64,000 bases of DNA from Escherichia phage vB_EcoP_PAS59, in sequence record OQ921332.1; one strand, written 5' to 3'. The translations under genes and the position numbers were made by a program. Below the pieces are notes generated by a model, which saw nothing but the letters and a program-made list of their open reading frames with translations, made no database searches and was not told where the DNA came from. Shown here one piece after another: positions 9,473-19,159 of the stretch (within the stretch, counting starts at the first letter, position 1; each line of letters opens with the position of its first letter).

Positions 9473-11263
9473 ATGTCAAAGATCATTTTGGGAGACACAG
9501 GCTGTAAAGAGTGCATCTCTCATGGTCGTGATAAGACCCATAATCACATGATTCTCTTCCGAAATGAAGAGTCCGGTGAGGAGTGGGGTTCATGTAACAG
9601 ATGTGGTGCGTATGAAATCTTCGAGAAAGGAACGACGCCCACTCCTAATGAAAAGAAAGAGCTGTCCCCTGAAGAACTTCGAGAAGTCTTAGACGATTGC
9701 TTAGAGCTTCCTCAGGGAGAGTTGACTCGTCGCTTAATCCCTAAAGCTGTGTCTGAACGCTATGGATGCCGTATTGGTTTAAGTCAAACAGACGGTCAAA
9801 CTCCTGACAGCTACTTCTTCCCTCGTGAACGTGATGGGAATATTGTTGGATATGAAGTAAAACTTCTAGACAGCAAGAAATTCTATTATGTAGGTAATGT
9901 GAAAGAAGCCGACTTATTTGGTATGGCTCAAGCACAACGTGGTGACGTATACAACAAGAAACTCTTCATCTTTGAAGATCCTCTCTCTTGTATGTCTGGG
10001 TTCCACGTACTTACCGCGTTTACAAACGCAACTAACATCAAACCTGCTTGCGTCTCTCTTCCGTTCGGTGCAGGTTCAATCTCTTCTGTCTTATCAAGAA
10101 ACCGTGATTTTATTAATGGTTTCGAGGAGATTGTACTCTGCATGGACAATGATGATGCAGGTGAGATTGCTTTAACTAAGGGTCGTTCTCTGTACCCGCA
10201 TGTTAAGTTTTCAAGGATTCCAAAAGGTACGTTCACTTATAACGGACAAGAAAAGGAAATCAAAGATGCAAACGACATGTTACTGGCAGGGAGAGGTCAA
10301 GAGCTTTTCAATAATCTTAAGTATTCAGCTAAGCGGGAATCTCCTGCTGGAGCTGTTACAGTTTTTGATTGCCTCGAAGATGCTCTGAAGAAAGCGGAAT
10401 GGGGTATTCCTTATCCGTGGAAAACTCTTAACGACATGACCTTTGGTATTCGTTGGGGAGAGATGGTTGCAATCGGCGGTGGTGTTGGTTCAGGTAAAAC
10501 CTTAATCGCACACGAACTGGTAGCATGGCTTTGCCTTGAGCATGGTTTTAATGGTGGTGGCTTCTTCTTGGAAGAGAAGGTAGGCATGTCTGTTAAGAAC
10601 ATTGCTGGTAAGTCTGCATCTGTTCCATTTCACCGACCAGATGTTGAGTATGAAGAAAGCCAGCTACGAGATGAAGCACTTCGATACGCTGATAAGTTTT
10701 TCTTATACGACAACTTTGGACAGAATGAGTGGGAAGACATTAAGCAGTGTATTCGCTTTTGGGTAGTTGAGAATCAATGTAAGTTTATCATCCTTGATAA
10801 CATCACTGCATTGGTATCTCACTTAACTCCATCCGAAGTGAATACAGAAATCAGTAAGATTGCTTCAGAGCTTGCTGGTATGTGTAAGGAATTAGACTTC
10901 ACTGCTTTTGTGTTATCTCACTTGAATGCTCCGGCGGGCGGTGCCCCTCACGAAGAAGGTGGTCAGGTTAAAGAAGTACAGTTTACTGGCTCACGTTCAT
11001 TAATGCGCTGGTGTCAATGTATTATCGGTTTCGAACGTAATAAACAAGCGGATGGGTTAGGTAAAAACTTGTCAATCATACGTCTGCTCAAAGAGCGTAA
11101 CTATGGACAGACGGGGGTTTGCTATACCAAATATATTAACGAAACAGGTCGTCTTGTAGAACGAGAAGATCATGAAGTTGATGAAGATAATCCGTTTACA
11201 GTCACCAACGGAGAAGATGCAGCTTCCTTACTCTCACAAGAAGGGGAGGCGCGTCCGTGGTAA
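9473..11263 (+). CDS. DNA primase/helicase (T7 gp4-like)
   Basis: N-terminal Cys4 zinc ribbon (CKEC...CNRCG), DnaB-type Walker A 'GGGVGSGKT'; AGGAGG before ATG. Confidence 0.85.
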   Translation: MSKIILGDTGCKECISHGRDKTHNHMILFRNEESGEEWGSCNRCGAYEIFEKGTTPTPNEKKELSPEELREVLDDCLELPQGELTRRLIPKAVSERYGCRIGLSQTDGQTPDSYFFPRERDGNIVGYEVKLLDSKKFYYVGNVKEADLFGMAQAQRGDVYNKKLFIFEDPLSCMSGFHVLTAFTNATNIKPACVSLPFGAGSISSVLSRNRDFINGFEEIVLCMDNDDAGEIALTKGRSLYPHVKFSRIPKGTFTYNGQEKEIKDANDMLLAGRGQELFNNLKYSAKRESPAGAVTVFDCLEDALKKAEWGIPYPWKTLNDMTFGIRWGEMVAIGGGVGSGKTLIAHELVAWLCLEHGFNGGGFFLEEKVGMSVKNIAGKSASVPFHRPDVEYEESQLRDEALRYADKFFLYDNFGQNEWEDIKQCIRFWVVENQCKFIILDNITALVSHLTPSEVNTEISKIASELAGMCKELDFTAFVLSHLNAPAGGAPHEEGGQVKEVQFTGSRSLMRWCQCIIGFERNKQADGLGKNLSIIRLLKERNYGQTGVCYTKYINETGRLVEREDHEVDEDNPFTVTNGEDAASLLSQEGEARPW

Positions 11264-11805
11264 AGAAACTGTATGCGTTTGATATTGAAGGTGATAACCT
11301 CTATGACGGTATTCAGAATGTCTGGTGTATATGGATATTTGATGTACTGTCTGGAGAACGGTGGGGGTATCGCCCTCACCAAATTGAAGAAGCACTACAC
11401 AAACTGAAAGAAGCTGATGTAGTAATAGGTCACAATATTATTGATTTTGACCTTCCTGCTTTGTTTAAATTCTATTCTCATGTGATACCTTTTCGTTTTA
11501 ATGTCTTTGATACTCTGTGCCTGAGTCGATACCTCAAGCCTGACCGTATTGGTGACAGTCCAGAATACCCCAAAGGCGACCCTAGACATGGCCCTCGCGG
11601 TCATGGCCTCAAGCAATGGGGTGAATTTCTGGGAGAGCTGAAGGGTGATTATGGTGAACAGGAAGAAGCATGGGACGCATTCACTGAAGACATGTTCACA
11701 TATTGTGAGCAAGACGTTAACTTGACAGTTAAGGTTTACATGTGTCTTTGCCAAATGGCAGGATTTGATTATAAGAATCCCCCATCTCTCAACTGGAAAA
11801 TGTAG
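11257..11805 (+). CDS. DNA polymerase 3'-5' exonuclease domain as a separate gene
   Basis: Exo I 'FDIEGDN', Exo II '[12 protein letters not shown]', Exo III 'YCEQDV'; 182 aa. Confidence 0.75.
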   Translation: MVKKLYAFDIEGDNLYDGIQNVWCIWIFDVLSGERWGYRPHQIEEALHKLKEADVVIGHNIIDFDLPALFKFYSHVIPFRFNVFDTLCLSRYLKPDRIGDSPEYPKGDPRHGPRGHGLKQWGEFLGELKGDYGEQEEAWDAFTEDMFTYCEQDVNLTVKVYMCLCQMAGFDYKNPPSLNWKM

Positions 11806-11807
11806 AA

Positions 11808-13280
11808 ATGATTAAGATTCCATTATCTGAATTGAACCTTCAAGAAGGAGAAGCCCTCAGTGTAGGGCTTGACCTGATTCGTAATTTGATCAGAGATAAC
11901 GTAGTCCCTGATGGCATCTATCCTGTTATTGCAGGTGGTGCTATCCGTGATACGTTCTTTCAAAATAGAACTCCGAATGATGTTGATATCTTCCTAGTTC
12001 AAGGAGGATTACGTTGGAACGCTCGTCAGGAAAATAGCCCTGCTAACGTAGGTAATGCTGCACTTTTCCTTGACAACTTCTTATCTTGGACAGAAAGTAA
12101 AGGGCTTCAGGTTACATCTCGACTAATTCAGCCTGTTAACGGGACAACCTATGCTGAAGCGCTTTTCACTTTCCAAGAGATTCTGGAAATCGAGATTGAT
12201 CAAGTTAAAATCCAGATGATGATTAATCTACCTTTGGATATGGATACTTTAAGCCGTCGCTTCCCTATGATCTGTCAAGGGTTTATGACTCTTGGTAATC
12301 TGTATGTGTCAAACGAAGGTTTGTTTGCAATGTCATACACTCGTGACATTCCTGTGGTGTCCAGTCGTGAAATGAAGTATGTTCACAAGAAGTGGCCTGA
12401 AGCAACTGTTGCAGTTTATAGCAGTTCTACCGAATATATGCACCTTGCAATGGGAGCTTTCGGTGAGCCAGAAGTTCACCTGATTAGTGATTTAGTTGGA
12501 CCTATGGCTGGTGTAAATTTATATCAGAATCAGCGTCGTCATTATACCCTGAAGATGATGGAAACTACATTAAACATTCCTCAGGAAAGGGGTCGTAGTT
12601 ATCTGGACGAGGAAGTTAACCTACAGACAGAATGGTCTAGTGGATTAACCACTATAGGTGCTGAAGCAATTACACGACCTTGGACTCCGGGAACTAACAG
12701 ACGAGATCTTCAAGCTTTTAATGAAGAAACTTCTCGAACTGTTCGAGGAGGTGTTGTAGGGTATAACGTACAACCTCATGAAAGACCTCGTGATACTTTC
12801 ACTGGTAGTTTTGGTAGTGCACACTCTTCTGGAATGGATACTCGTACATGGCATGTCCAAGGAGGAACTGCTCGTCCTATTCCCTCTCCGTCAATGGATG
12901 ATTTGCAGCGTTCTCGTCGTTCATGGGAAACAGTAAGCTCTGTTGTTCAGGGTCTACGTGCTAGTGATATTGAACGTGTAGAAGTTGGTGATTTGCCAAC
13001 CTCTACAGAAGATCGAGTATCAGCTATAGCGGCTCGTGAAGCTGCTCATATTGGTTTTGCATCATTAGCTAATGACGCTAACGAAGCTCCTCGACCTGTT
13101 GGTCGTCGTAATGGTCTAGCTCACTCTGACACTGCACTTGGTGCAGAACTACGAGCAGCAGCTCGTGAGCTATCTGGTGAGCTTCACAACAACCTGGCAG
13201 GTGTTACACTATCTCGTGAAACAGCTCGTAATATGATTAATAATTTGGCATCATCTGTACAAGGAAACAGAAACTCATGA
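11808..13280 (+). CDS. nucleotidyltransferase-like protein (Pol-beta superfamily head motif) with low-complexity C-terminal half
   Basis: 'IAGGAIRDTFFQNRTPNDVDIF' matches the GGxVRD...DxD motif of CCA-adding/poly(A) polymerase heads. Confidence 0.4.
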   Translation: MIKIPLSELNLQEGEALSVGLDLIRNLIRDNVVPDGIYPVIAGGAIRDTFFQNRTPNDVDIFLVQGGLRWNARQENSPANVGNAALFLDNFLSWTESKGLQVTSRLIQPVNGTTYAEALFTFQEILEIEIDQVKIQMMINLPLDMDTLSRRFPMICQGFMTLGNLYVSNEGLFAMSYTRDIPVVSSREMKYVHKKWPEATVAVYSSSTEYMHLAMGAFGEPEVHLISDLVGPMAGVNLYQNQRRHYTLKMMETTLNIPQERGRSYLDEEVNLQTEWSSGLTTIGAEAITRPWTPGTNRRDLQAFNEETSRTVRGGVVGYNVQPHERPRDTFTGSFGSAHSSGMDTRTWHVQGGTARPIPSPSMDDLQRSRRSWETVSSVVQGLRASDIERVEVGDLPTSTEDRVSAIAAREAAHIGFASLANDANEAPRPVGRRNGLAHSDTALGAELRAAARELSGELHNNLAGVTLSRETARNMINNLASSVQGNRNS

Positions 13281-13810
13281 GTCTTTTAGGTTCTCAAGAA
13301 TTACACAGCGTTATTGATAATGGCTTTTTAGATGCGGAGCATAAATATGTTAACGCTGCTAGTGTGGATATCCGTATTGGTGATACTATCCTTGTTGAAG
13401 AGCAGGCTGATGGTATTGTTGACATTGATGCTAAAGAAAACCTCAAGTGGAAAGAAGTAAAAATCCCTGAAGATGGTATCGTTATCACTCCGGGACAGTT
13501 CTTCTTAGCTCACTCAATGGAAGAGTTTAACCTTCCAGACAATATTTCAAGTCTGTTTGTACTCCGCTCCTCAATGGCTCGTTGTGGTTTAAACCATCTC
13601 CATGCTGGTTGGGCTGATGCAGGGTTTAATAACAGTAAGCTGACCTTTGAGTTCCATAACGTTACTCACAATCACAGCTTACGAGTTCGTGCTGGGATGC
13701 GTGTCGGTCAAATGGTTATGTTTGAACACTCTCACGCTGGTGATGATTCCTATGCAGTGAAGGGTCGTTATAACAACTCCGATGGGGTTGTTGCTTCTAA
13801 AGGTGTATAA
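13277..13810 (+). CDS. dcd: dCTP deaminase (dUTPase superfamily)
   Basis: 'ASVDIRIGD', 'ITPGQFFLAHSMEEFNLP', 'LRSSMARCGL', 'WADAGFNNSKLTFEFHN' track the Dcd signature. Confidence 0.7.
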   Translation: MSLLGSQELHSVIDNGFLDAEHKYVNAASVDIRIGDTILVEEQADGIVDIDAKENLKWKEVKIPEDGIVITPGQFFLAHSMEEFNLPDNISSLFVLRSSMARCGLNHLHAGWADAGFNNSKLTFEFHNVTHNHSLRVRAGMRVGQMVMFEHSHAGDDSYAVKGRYNNSDGVVASKGV

Positions 13811-13813
13811 CTG

Positions 13814-14026
13814 ATGGAGTTTGGAACAATGAAAAGACGTTGGGTTGTTCGTGTTCACTGGAGCAGTGGTACAGAATCAATGGGTATCAGAAACACTCGT
13901 CAAGAAGCTCGCGCTCATAAGAAGTTCCTATTAAGCTGCGAAAGTACTATTGACAAGATCACTATCCACAAAGCTCAGGACTTTAAATCAGGTCGTTTCT
14001 ATATCAGCGGAAAGGTACATTACTAA
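13814..14026 (+). CDS. small protein, tandem paralog A
   Basis: 'WVVRVHWSSG...TRQEARAHKKF...KVHY' parallels the next ORF. Confidence 0.45.
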   Translation: MEFGTMKRRWVVRVHWSSGTESMGIRNTRQEARAHKKFLLSCESTIDKITIHKAQDFKSGRFYISGKVHY

Positions 14027-14232
14027 TGGCTAAATTATGGGCAGTTCGTGTTAAATGGGCTAACAAAGATCTCGGTGGTGACTGTCTTAAATTATTCGAC
14101 ACACGACAAGAAGCTCGTCTTGCTAAGAAAGCTACAAAAGCTTTAGGACTCGCTGAAAAAGTGGATATTCATCGCTGGTTTCAAAATGATAATAACAGTG
14201 CTGGGTCCTTGACTAGCAAGGTCCACTACTAG
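14026..14232 (+). CDS. small protein, tandem paralog B
   Basis: 'WAVRVKWANK...TRQEARLAKKA...KVHY'. Confidence 0.45.
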   Translation: MAKLWAVRVKWANKDLGGDCLKLFDTRQEARLAKKATKALGLAEKVDIHRWFQNDNNSAGSLTSKVHY

Positions 14233-14256
14233 TTGGTAGTAGATATGATAACTCTC

Positions 14257-14265
14257 AAATGTATA
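14257..14265 (+). promoter_or_regulatory. promoter-like element AAATGTATA (8/9 to TAATGTATA)
   Basis: Intergenic, about 40 bp before ATG 14303. Confidence 0.3.
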
Positions 14266-14302
14266 TACAGTATAAGAATATTGTATGAAACAGGAGAGAG
14301 TT

Positions 14303-14632
14303 ATGTTAGATTTGAGTAAAGTGGCCCCGCCATCTGAAGAGATTAGCAAAGCTAAAGTTATGCAGCAGTTCTATCATCGTGACATGCTTGGTCGTTATAT
14401 CAAGAATCGTGATGTTGTTGCATGGTCTATTGGAAACCAAGGCTATCTTCTCAAAGTGTTGCAAGTTACTGGCTCAACAGCCAAGCGAGTCAAAGTCTAT
14501 GACCCTGAGATGGGGCGTTCTAAATCGGTAGACCCACAGAATTGCATTGTTATTACACAGCAGGTCATGGATAACATTGCTCGTAATGTAGCTAATTCAA
14601 CTAACTTAGAAGGGGATGCACCTAATGCATAA
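14303..14632 (+). CDS. hypothetical protein
   Basis: CAGGAGAGAG before ATG at 14303. Confidence 0.4.
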   Translation: MLDLSKVAPPSEEISKAKVMQQFYHRDMLGRYIKNRDVVAWSIGNQGYLLKVLQVTGSTAKRVKVYDPEMGRSKSVDPQNCIVITQQVMDNIARNVANSTNLEGDAPNA

Positions 14633-15191
14633 TAATGTCTTCGACTTACCAGAACTAACAAGAGTGGGTTCTAGTAATCCATTCTCTACTACTGATTCTT
14701 CTATCTCTCGTCTTGAGGGAATGAATAAACTGATTAGCAGTAACAGCCTAGAGCACATTCTTTGTGGTGTGCAGGCTAACCTTGAACTTCTACACATCAA
14801 AGCAAAGAACTACCACTGGAACGTCTCTGGAGCTGGTTTCCAAGGTGTTCATGGGATGTTCGATGAGTTAGAAGATTATGCTCGTGAGGCAGGCGACCGA
14901 ATAGCAGAGCGTATGCGCTTCCATTGTGTTAAGGTGGATGCCACTGCTAGTAACTATTTAGGTCACGCTTGGTTCCGAGAAGGTAACGCTGATCTCGACA
15001 TGGACGGTATGCTTTCCGACATGTGCATGACTCTTATGTGTATCATTGAGAAGATGGACGAGTTTGATTCAGACTTGTGCACCTATCCAGTTGATCAGAG
15101 TATGCTTCAAGAAATTAATGAAGGTCTTGGCAAGTTCTGTTACTTTGTCAAGAGCAACATGTCCCACTCTGGTGGTGATGTGTCTTACTAA
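14625..15191 (+). CDS. Dps-like ferritin-family protein
   Basis: 'KAKNYHWNVSGAGFQGVHGMFDELEDYAREAGDRIAER' closely matches the Dps ferroxidase-region signature. Confidence 0.65.
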   Translation: MHNNVFDLPELTRVGSSNPFSTTDSSISRLEGMNKLISSNSLEHILCGVQANLELLHIKAKNYHWNVSGAGFQGVHGMFDELEDYAREAGDRIAERMRFHCVKVDATASNYLGHAWFREGNADLDMDGMLSDMCMTLMCIIEKMDEFDSDLCTYPVDQSMLQEINEGLGKFCYFVKSNMSHSGGDVSY

Positions 15192-15254
15192 TCAAACCTC
15201 CGCCCTGTCTCGTTTGTTCAAGAGGTGGGGCGAACTTTTTATAAGGATGTGAAT

Positions 15255-15434
15255 ATGTTTTCAGCAATCGTATGGTCTGTGTGGGCAATTCTTGTTGGCG
15301 GTATCGTTTATCTGGCTCAGAAGCAGATGCTTAAAGAGAATCCGAATGATGCCAAACCTATTAAACATGGTAGCATTGCTCTGGTAGTTTTCTCTGTTGT
15401 CATTCCTTTCCTTCTCCACCTGTTGACTGCATAA
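15255..15434 (+). CDS. small two-TM membrane protein, tandem paralog A
   Basis: Two hydrophobic segments flanking 'KENPNDAKPIKHGS'. Confidence 0.4.
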   Translation: MFSAIVWSVWAILVGGIVYLAQKQMLKENPNDAKPIKHGSIALVVFSVVIPFLLHLLTA

Positions 15435-15443
15435 GGGTTTGAT

Positions 15444-15629
15444 ATGATTTCACTGATTGTGTGGGCCGTGTGGTCGTTAATAGTTGGTACTGTTATATAT
15501 AAAGCTCGAAATTTAGCAATTAAAGAAAACCCAGCAGAAGAGGATGTTAAAGCTATCAAGCTAGGTAGTGTTGTTCTGGTACATTTTGCTATAACACTAC
15601 CTCTTGTTATTATTCTTTGTATGCTATAA
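15444..15629 (+). CDS. small two-TM membrane protein, tandem paralog B
   Basis: Same architecture, 'KENPAEEDVKAIKLGS'. Confidence 0.4.
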   Translation: MISLIVWAVWSLIVGTVIYKARNLAIKENPAEEDVKAIKLGSVVLVHFAITLPLVIILCML

Positions 15630-15819
15630 GGAACCCAAAGAGTGAAACTAAACCTACCTGAAGAATTACAAGCACATGCCATTATCGTTAGTGGCTGTGT
15701 GATGGGTCTTGGTCAGACAAAGAAGATTGCTCATGACTTAGCAAAAGGTCAGTATAAATCTTTTATTGTTGTTCCTGCTACCCAGCGTCATATCAATCTG
15801 TTTATTAACAAGGAATAGA

Positions 15820-16095
15820 ATGAGTAAAGTAATTAAGTTTTATAGTGATCAGTGTGCTCCATGTAAAGCAATGGCTCCTACCTTTGAGAAGGTTGTTAAG
15901 GAGTTTGATGTAGAAGTGGAAGAGATTAACATCCTTGAAGGTGATGGTCGTGAACAAGCTGTTAAGTATGGTGTACGAAGTATCCCTGCTTTCGTTGTGC
16001 CTGACCGTAACAGTGGTGCACACTACAGCCTCTCCGGTATGCAGACTGAAGCAAACCTGAAAGCATTTTTGGATACAGCTCTAGGCAATAAATAA
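15820..16095 (+). CDS. thioredoxin-like protein
   Basis: 'KFYSDQCAPCKAMAP' CxxC active site in thioredoxin context; about 90 aa. Confidence 0.6.
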   Translation: MSKVIKFYSDQCAPCKAMAPTFEKVVKEFDVEVEEINILEGDGREQAVKYGVRSIPAFVVPDRNSGAHYSLSGMQTEANLKAFLDTALGNK

Positions 16096-16110
16096 TAAGG
16101 GTATTCACGG

Positions 16111-16602
16111 ATGAATAATATTGACCCGTCAATAAAAGAAGCTCTTGATTACGACCCTTTGACTGGAGATTTCCGATGGGTTAAAACTTATGGAAAAGGA
16201 CACAAAGGGTCTATAGCTGGTTCTGTAAATACCAATGGGTATTTGAGAATCGTTTATAAAGGTGCTAGATACTACGCTCATCGACTTGCTTACTGGTGGG
16301 ACACTGGATTGCTTCCTGAAGAAGTAGATCACATAGACCGCAACAGGATAAACAACAAAAGAGAGAATCTTAGGGGGACTACTAGATCAGGAAATGGCCT
16401 AAACAAAGTAGCTCAGAGTAATAATTTATCAACCGGAGTGATTGGAGTGACTGTCCATAGAAGGAAAAGTGGCTCTATTGCTTACCGGGCGGTATTTAAA
16501 TCTAAGCACATAGGACTCTTCTCAACCATAGAAGAAGCCTCTAGGGAATATAATAAAGTCAAGGAGACTTACATAAATGACAATCAAAGCTTCATTAATT
16601 GA
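16111..16602 (+). CDS. HNH homing endonuclease with AP2-like DNA-binding domain
   Basis: 'LDYDPLTGDFRW...AHRLAYWW...DHIDRNRINNKRENLR' plus 'GVIGVTVHRRKSGSIAYRA'. Confidence 0.7.
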   Translation: MNNIDPSIKEALDYDPLTGDFRWVKTYGKGHKGSIAGSVNTNGYLRIVYKGARYYAHRLAYWWDTGLLPEEVDHIDRNRINNKRENLRGTTRSGNGLNKVAQSNNLSTGVIGVTVHRRKSGSIAYRAVFKSKHIGLFSTIEEASREYNKVKETYINDNQSFIN

Positions 16603-17224
16603 TAACTTCGGTTCAGATCTTACAGTAGTCAATGCTGCTCGTGTAACTATGGGGGTAGAAAGGGAAGAATTAAAAGAAAGTGACACTCGTCTAATAAATT
16701 TTCTAGCTCGGGAACGGCACGTAAGTCCTTTTCGTCACCCACAAGCGAGCTTCAGATGCGAAGCTCCTATAGCAATTGCACGACAGTTACAGAAGCATCA
16801 AGTTGGTTTTTCTTGGAACGAGATGAGTCGTAGATATAAAGATGGAGCAGTGGATATTTTCATACCTAAAGAAATCTTCTCCCGTCCAGATGATCTACAT
16901 TCTGGTTCTGGAATACTTCTTGAAGGGGAGGAAGAGGCAAAAGCTTTAGCTTTGTTTAACTCTGCGTACGAGGCATCTCTTGCTAGTTATGACGAATTGA
17001 TTAAGTTCGTAGCTCCTGAACAAGCTAGATTTGTTTTACCTCAAGGTATGGTAACTACTTGGTACTGGACTGGTAGCTTGTATGGCTGGTTTGAATTGTG
17101 TCGTCAACGACTATCATCCCATGCTCAATATGAAGTTCGACTATTTGCTCAGTCATTAGATGAAGAGATGGCTAAACTCTATCCAATCTCATGGGCAGCT
17201 TTGAAGAAAACTTTGGAGAGTTAA
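16577..17224 (+). CDS. thyX: ThyX-family (flavin-dependent thymidylate synthase-like) protein with variant signature
   Basis: 'HVSPFRH...ARQLQKHQVGFSWNEMSRRY' parallels ThyX 'SPFEH...RHR-x7-S..RY', but RHR is replaced by KHQ. Confidence 0.55.
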   Translation: MTIKASLIDNFGSDLTVVNAARVTMGVEREELKESDTRLINFLARERHVSPFRHPQASFRCEAPIAIARQLQKHQVGFSWNEMSRRYKDGAVDIFIPKEIFSRPDDLHSGSGILLEGEEEAKALALFNSAYEASLASYDELIKFVAPEQARFVLPQGMVTTWYWTGSLYGWFELCRQRLSSHAQYEVRLFAQSLDEEMAKLYPISWAALKKTLES

Positions 17225-17369
17225 TTTTGGAAGAAAACGATGATGATGTTTTCTGTACACGGTGCGGTATGACAGTTGATGATGCTTACGACCCTACAGT
17301 AGAGATTTGTCCTTGCTGCGGAGTTTGTGAGTATTGTTGTAGTCACAATTCAGATGAATAGGTAAAACT

Positions 17370-17555
17370 GTGGACTTATACAAAACATGTAGCTTCTGTC
17401 AAAAGCAGAAGCTTCTTATCAACTTCAAGCTGAACGAGGAAACAGGTTTGGGTCATGCTTTTTGTCATGATTGCAGACACTACCTTGAACAGAAACAATA
17501 TATAAACTGGTTGCATTATTTCAACCCCAGCATCTACGAGCACAAGGTTATCTAA
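17370..17555 (+). CDS. small Cys-rich (zinc-ribbon-like) protein
   Basis: CSFC...CHDC pattern. Confidence 0.4.
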   Translation: MDLYKTCSFCQKQKLLINFKLNEETGLGHAFCHDCRHYLEQKQYINWLHYFNPSIYEHKVI

Positions 17556-17876
17556 ATGATCAACGATAGTACATTTAGGACTGGTAACGGAAATGAAATC
17601 AGTCCTGCTGAAGTGATTAAACGACACAGAACACAGATGCTTATCCACTCCTATTTGTATTATTGGTTGGATGACCCAATCTGGTCTGACGATAAGTGGC
17701 AACAAGTGGCTGATGACTTAACCACCTTGCAAGAGATGTATCCTGAGCCTATTGGATTCTTCGATTCAGAGTTCAATGGATGGAATGGCTCCACTGGTAT
17801 GCATCTTCCTCATGACGAGCGTATAGCTTGTATGGCTACTGAAGTATACCGTTTACATAAGGACAAATCAATCTGA
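17556..17876 (+). CDS. hypothetical protein
   Basis: ORF abutting upstream stop. Confidence 0.4.
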   Translation: MINDSTFRTGNGNEISPAEVIKRHRTQMLIHSYLYYWLDDPIWSDDKWQQVADDLTTLQEMYPEPIGFFDSEFNGWNGSTGMHLPHDERIACMATEVYRLHKDKSI

Positions 17877-18054
17877 AATGTTTTAAATGTGAATCAACTC
17901 TTCTCCATTTGGACTCGAAAGTAATACGGGAGCTTGCCAAAGGCTCCCCGACTAAAGGGAAGAATAAGAAGTTTGTCGAAATTAAGGTTATAGGTATCCA
18001 TTGCTCAGAGTGTAAATCCTGTAGCTTCTTATATGAAGAACACGGAGGTAGGAA

Positions 18055-18792
18055 ATGAGTCGTAGAGAATCTCGGAAAGCATCACGGAGAGAATTACGTC
18101 GTGAAGCTCTCGTCACCAAGAAAGGAAAGCGGGAATTTGAAGAAGTAGTTCTTGCTAAGCCGGTAGTACCTCAGAACCAATTCCAGAGTGAGCTGCTTGA
18201 TGCAATTAAAACCAAACAGGTTGTATTCACAGATGCTCCTGCTGGCTGTGGTAAGACATTCGTAATCACTTCTACAGTGATCGATGCTCTGAAGAGTGGG
18301 AAGATTGAGAAGATTATCCTAAGCCGACCTGCTGTTGGTATGGGTAACAGTCTAGGATTACTTCCCGGTGGGCTTCGTGAGAAATTTGAACCATACCTGA
18401 TGCCAATTGTTGATGTTATCACTCAGCGTTATGGTAAAGGCTTCTATGAGTGTCAAATTGGTAATGGTAACATTGAGTTTGTACCTCTGGAATACCTCCG
18501 TGGCCGTTCATTCAACGATGCTATTGTGATTGTTGATGAGTTCCAGAATACCACTCCTGATGAAGCATATTCAATTATGACTCGTCTTGGTGAAACCTCT
18601 CAGATGTTCTGTATGGGGGACACCAATCAGCACGATATGCGTGGTGAGAGTGGTCTAGATTGGGCTACTGATTTCATATACCGTCACAAATTGTTTGAAT
18701 TTGCCGCTCTAGTAGATGGTGAATCGGATGATATTGTTCGTTCAGGTTTCTGTAAAGCTATTGTCAAAGCAATGGAATCTGAAAAATCATAA
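18055..18792 (+). CDS. phoH: PhoH-like ATPase
   Basis: Walker A 'DAPAGCGKTF', Walker B 'IVIVDEFQN', size typical of PhoH. Confidence 0.75.
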   Translation: MSRRESRKASRRELRREALVTKKGKREFEEVVLAKPVVPQNQFQSELLDAIKTKQVVFTDAPAGCGKTFVITSTVIDALKSGKIEKIILSRPAVGMGNSLGLLPGGLREKFEPYLMPIVDVITQRYGKGFYECQIGNGNIEFVPLEYLRGRSFNDAIVIVDEFQNTTPDEAYSIMTRLGETSQMFCMGDTNQHDMRGESGLDWATDFIYRHKLFEFAALVDGESDDIVRSGFCKAIVKAMESEKS

Positions 18793-18795
18793 ACA

Positions 18796-18804
18796 TAATG
18801 TATA
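18796..18804 (+). promoter_or_regulatory. TAATGTATA promoter-like element
   Basis: Exact 9-mer, 33 bp upstream of ATG 18837. Confidence 0.4.
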
Positions 18805-18836
18805 CTCCTTAGTGTACACTGATATATTAAGGAGTT

Positions 18837-19154
18837 ATGATGACCGATAAGGCGAAAAGAGATTATGCACAAGAACGAAGAACTGCAATCAAACGTGGGG
18901 AGACAGGTGTTGGTAGCAAGAGCGGAGATGCTCAGCGCCACCGTGCACGTCGCATCGTTGAAAAACGCGATGGAAAAGCTGCTGTCCGAGGTAAAGATGT
19001 TGGACACAAACGATCAATCAAGTCGGGAGGTTCTAATGCGTCAAGTAACTTACGTGTTGAATCAGTCTCTCGAAATCGCTCGAACGGCGGCAAAAGTGGA
19101 GATCGTGCTGGAAAATCAGCAGGCGGTCGCAAAGGAGCTTTAAGCTCAAGCTAA
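18837..19154 (+). CDS. basic Gly/Arg/Lys/Ser-rich small protein (frame uncertain; an alternative ORF 18865-19143 overlaps)
   Basis: AAGGAG before ATG at 18837; TAATGTATA element at 18796; terminator follows at 19160. Confidence 0.35.
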   Translation: MMTDKAKRDYAQERRTAIKRGETGVGSKSGDAQRHRARRIVEKRDGKAAVRGKDVGHKRSIKSGGSNASSNLRVESVSRNRSNGGKSGDRAGKSAGGRKGALSSS

Positions 19155-19159
19155 TATAA

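Noticed and set aside
9307-9507. ORF 9307-9507 overlapping the primase-helicase start
   Set aside because: Overlaps better-supported genes on both sides and lacks a ribosome-binding site; likely spurious.
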